A stretch of 64,000 bases of DNA from Takakia lepidozioides. Lineage: Eukaryota > Plantae > Bryophyta. The notes below the pieces were generated by a model. It saw only the letters and a program-made list of their open reading frames with translations, was not told where the DNA came from and did no database searches. Shown here piece by piece: positions 62,161 through 64,000 of this stretch (its first letter is position 1; every line of letters begins with the position of its first letter). Position numbers and translations under genes: made by a program. The stretch lies in the NCBI GenBank assembly GCA_030704615.1, contig CM060734.1:11904001-11968000 (forward strand), in the 5' to 3' direction.

Positions 62161-64000
62161 GATTCTATCCCGGTGGGTGTGAAACAGGGCCCCCGTTTTT
62201 ACTAAACAGTATGTCTGTATGAAGGGGGTGTTGAACGTGTAGAATCAAAGTTAGGGTAGGTTCTTTCCGTTTGAGGTACTTGGGGAGAGGTGGGGGTATG
62301 AACATACTTAAGTTGATTTGGGTCAATTGTGGCGAGTAGATTGACCGCTACCGGGAGGCGTAGGAGAGGGTGAGAGGTACTAGGTATGTTTTGCTGTGTG
62401 AGGATGAGGATTGTGGAGGCATAAGGAGAAGAGTGACCTGCAAATTGTGCCCAGTGAAGAGCTTCGTGAGTAAGGGGGCTAGAGGGGGGGTGAGCAAAGC
62501 CCCGACCTTCCCAGATGTGCTGGGTAGCACTACCCGTGGCTCCAAAGATACAGTCTCTATGATGTGGGCTGGAGAATATGTGCAAGTCCATAGGACATGT
62601 CAGTGGGCTGGAGTGATACGAGTGGATGAGCTGAAAGGTGTTGATAAGTAAGGCAAGAATATCCTATGGTATGGTATGATGTGCACATGTCGTTTCTAGT
62701 CGAGCGAGGGATCGTGGTTTCTTAGGAGGGGTGTCTTTGAGGTATCAGTCAATAAGCCAGTATAATTCAGTAGCAAAGTCTTGCTTCGGGGGTTGTAGGG
62801 AGTGTGAGTATTCGTTTGTTGTAGAGTACTTTTCCCATAGCCACGCTAGTCGATTATTGGGGATAACCCCAATGAAGCGGCCATGTTGAGCATAGATGTT
62901 GGAGAGGCGAGGGCCCATGTGAATAAGTGGTTGGTCATGCTTGACATCTTTATCAGGGTTGCATTCAGTTATGCAGATGTGTACGTTGGGGGCAGAGATC
63001 GGTTGGTGGATGTATCGGTTATCTATAGGTTGGGTGGGGGTGGTGTGTTGACCGCGAGCTAACCATCTTAACAAGGGTTCAAGGAAAATGATAAATAGGT
63101 AGGGGCTTAGTGTGTCACCTTGGATGGTGCCTTGTAGGATGGGAATTGGGGGGGTGGAGCCATAGTAAGAGCCAGAGTATTGGGTAGTGTTGTTGGTGCA
63201 AATGTTACCGATGAGTTGTATTGCATCTATAGGGTATCCTAGGTCAGCCATAACAGCCAATAAGCGGGGATGGTCAAGGGATCCGAAGGCGTTTTCGAAG
63301 TCAATGTAAAGGATATCTATCTTGTTTAGTGAGTTTCGGTCTTCAAGGGCAGATAGGACATATTGATTTGTCTGGTGGTGCTGCGGGTAGCACGAAAACC
63401 TTTTTGGGGGTCGCTTAGGATGCGGTGTTGTTCACCATAGGTAGATAGCATTTTAGTTAACGTGCTAGTGAAGAGTTTATATATAGTGTTTGCGAGGGCT
63501 ATGGGCCTATAGTTGCTAAGGTCAGTGGGATCCCTTTTTTTAAATAGTAGGATGGTTCGGCTGTGCTTCCAGAGATGTGGAATACGGTGGAGCTGGTAAC
63601 AAAGTCGGAAGAATTTAAAGAGGAGGGAGTGGACTTGGGTCCAAGTGCTTGTAGTATGGCGTTTGGAATGAGGCCTGGGCCTGGGGCCTTAGATCGGGAT
63701 AGCGCTTTTAGGCAGGAGTGATACAAGTCTATCGTGAAGAGGTCTAGAATACGGTTGGCGGAGGATCCTCGCTTTTCTAGTGAGAAGCCACCTAGATCAT
63801 GCCATGGGTAGTGTTTGACTTCAAAGGTAGTTAGGTGTGTGTCGGCTAGGATGTAAGCAGTTCACCACGGTGGGTGTGTAGGAAGGCGAGGCCTGGAGCC
63901 AAATTTCATTTTTGATGTCTTCTGGTTTGGTTAGTAGATAACCGAGTTGGTGTGTAAGGCGGTCTATGGGCGGATTAATAGCACGGTTGAAGATGGCTTT
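62160..64000 (-). mobile_element. Dualen/RandI-like LINE copy D (RT N-terminal half, internal deletion, then post-RT region with PCIF1-like MTase fold); runs off the window edge
   Basis: Near-identical to copy A over RT (KAPGPG, YRPIALAN, DLGYPIDAIQLIGNI, QGTIQGDTLSPYLFIIFLEPLLRWL). It then continues NPDKDV...RLAWLWEKY...FATELYWLID*Y...SSPL...RDCIFGATG...AHPP. Confidence 0.88.

Overview
Eukaryotic genomic DNA from a land plant, probably a non-seed plant (a guess from gene and TE types). Only two host genes are clear: an 8-exon APY6-like GDA1/CD39 apyrase (27-4487, +) and an intronless Maf-family nucleotide pyrophosphatase (55969-56580, +). Almost everything else is nested transposable elements. 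These are two full-length Galadriel-type chromoviruses, a Tat/Ogre-like Ty3 family with three accessory ORFs, a Ty1/Copia element, CACTA ends with a decayed TnpA, L1-type and RTE-like LINE fragments, a tRNA-derived SINE and foldback modules. The most notable signal is a multi-copy non-LTR retrotransposon whose RT resembles the algal Dualen/RandI clade. Downstream of RT it carries a PCIF1/CAPAM-like adenine-methyltransferase-fold region (about 62330-62660, minus strand). A 6.6-kb inversion bounded by a 6-bp inverted microhomology splits the Copia gag in frame, and the introns show reversed composition (pyrimidine-rich 5' ends, G-rich 3' ends). All family assignments come from motif recognition by eye; no searches were run.
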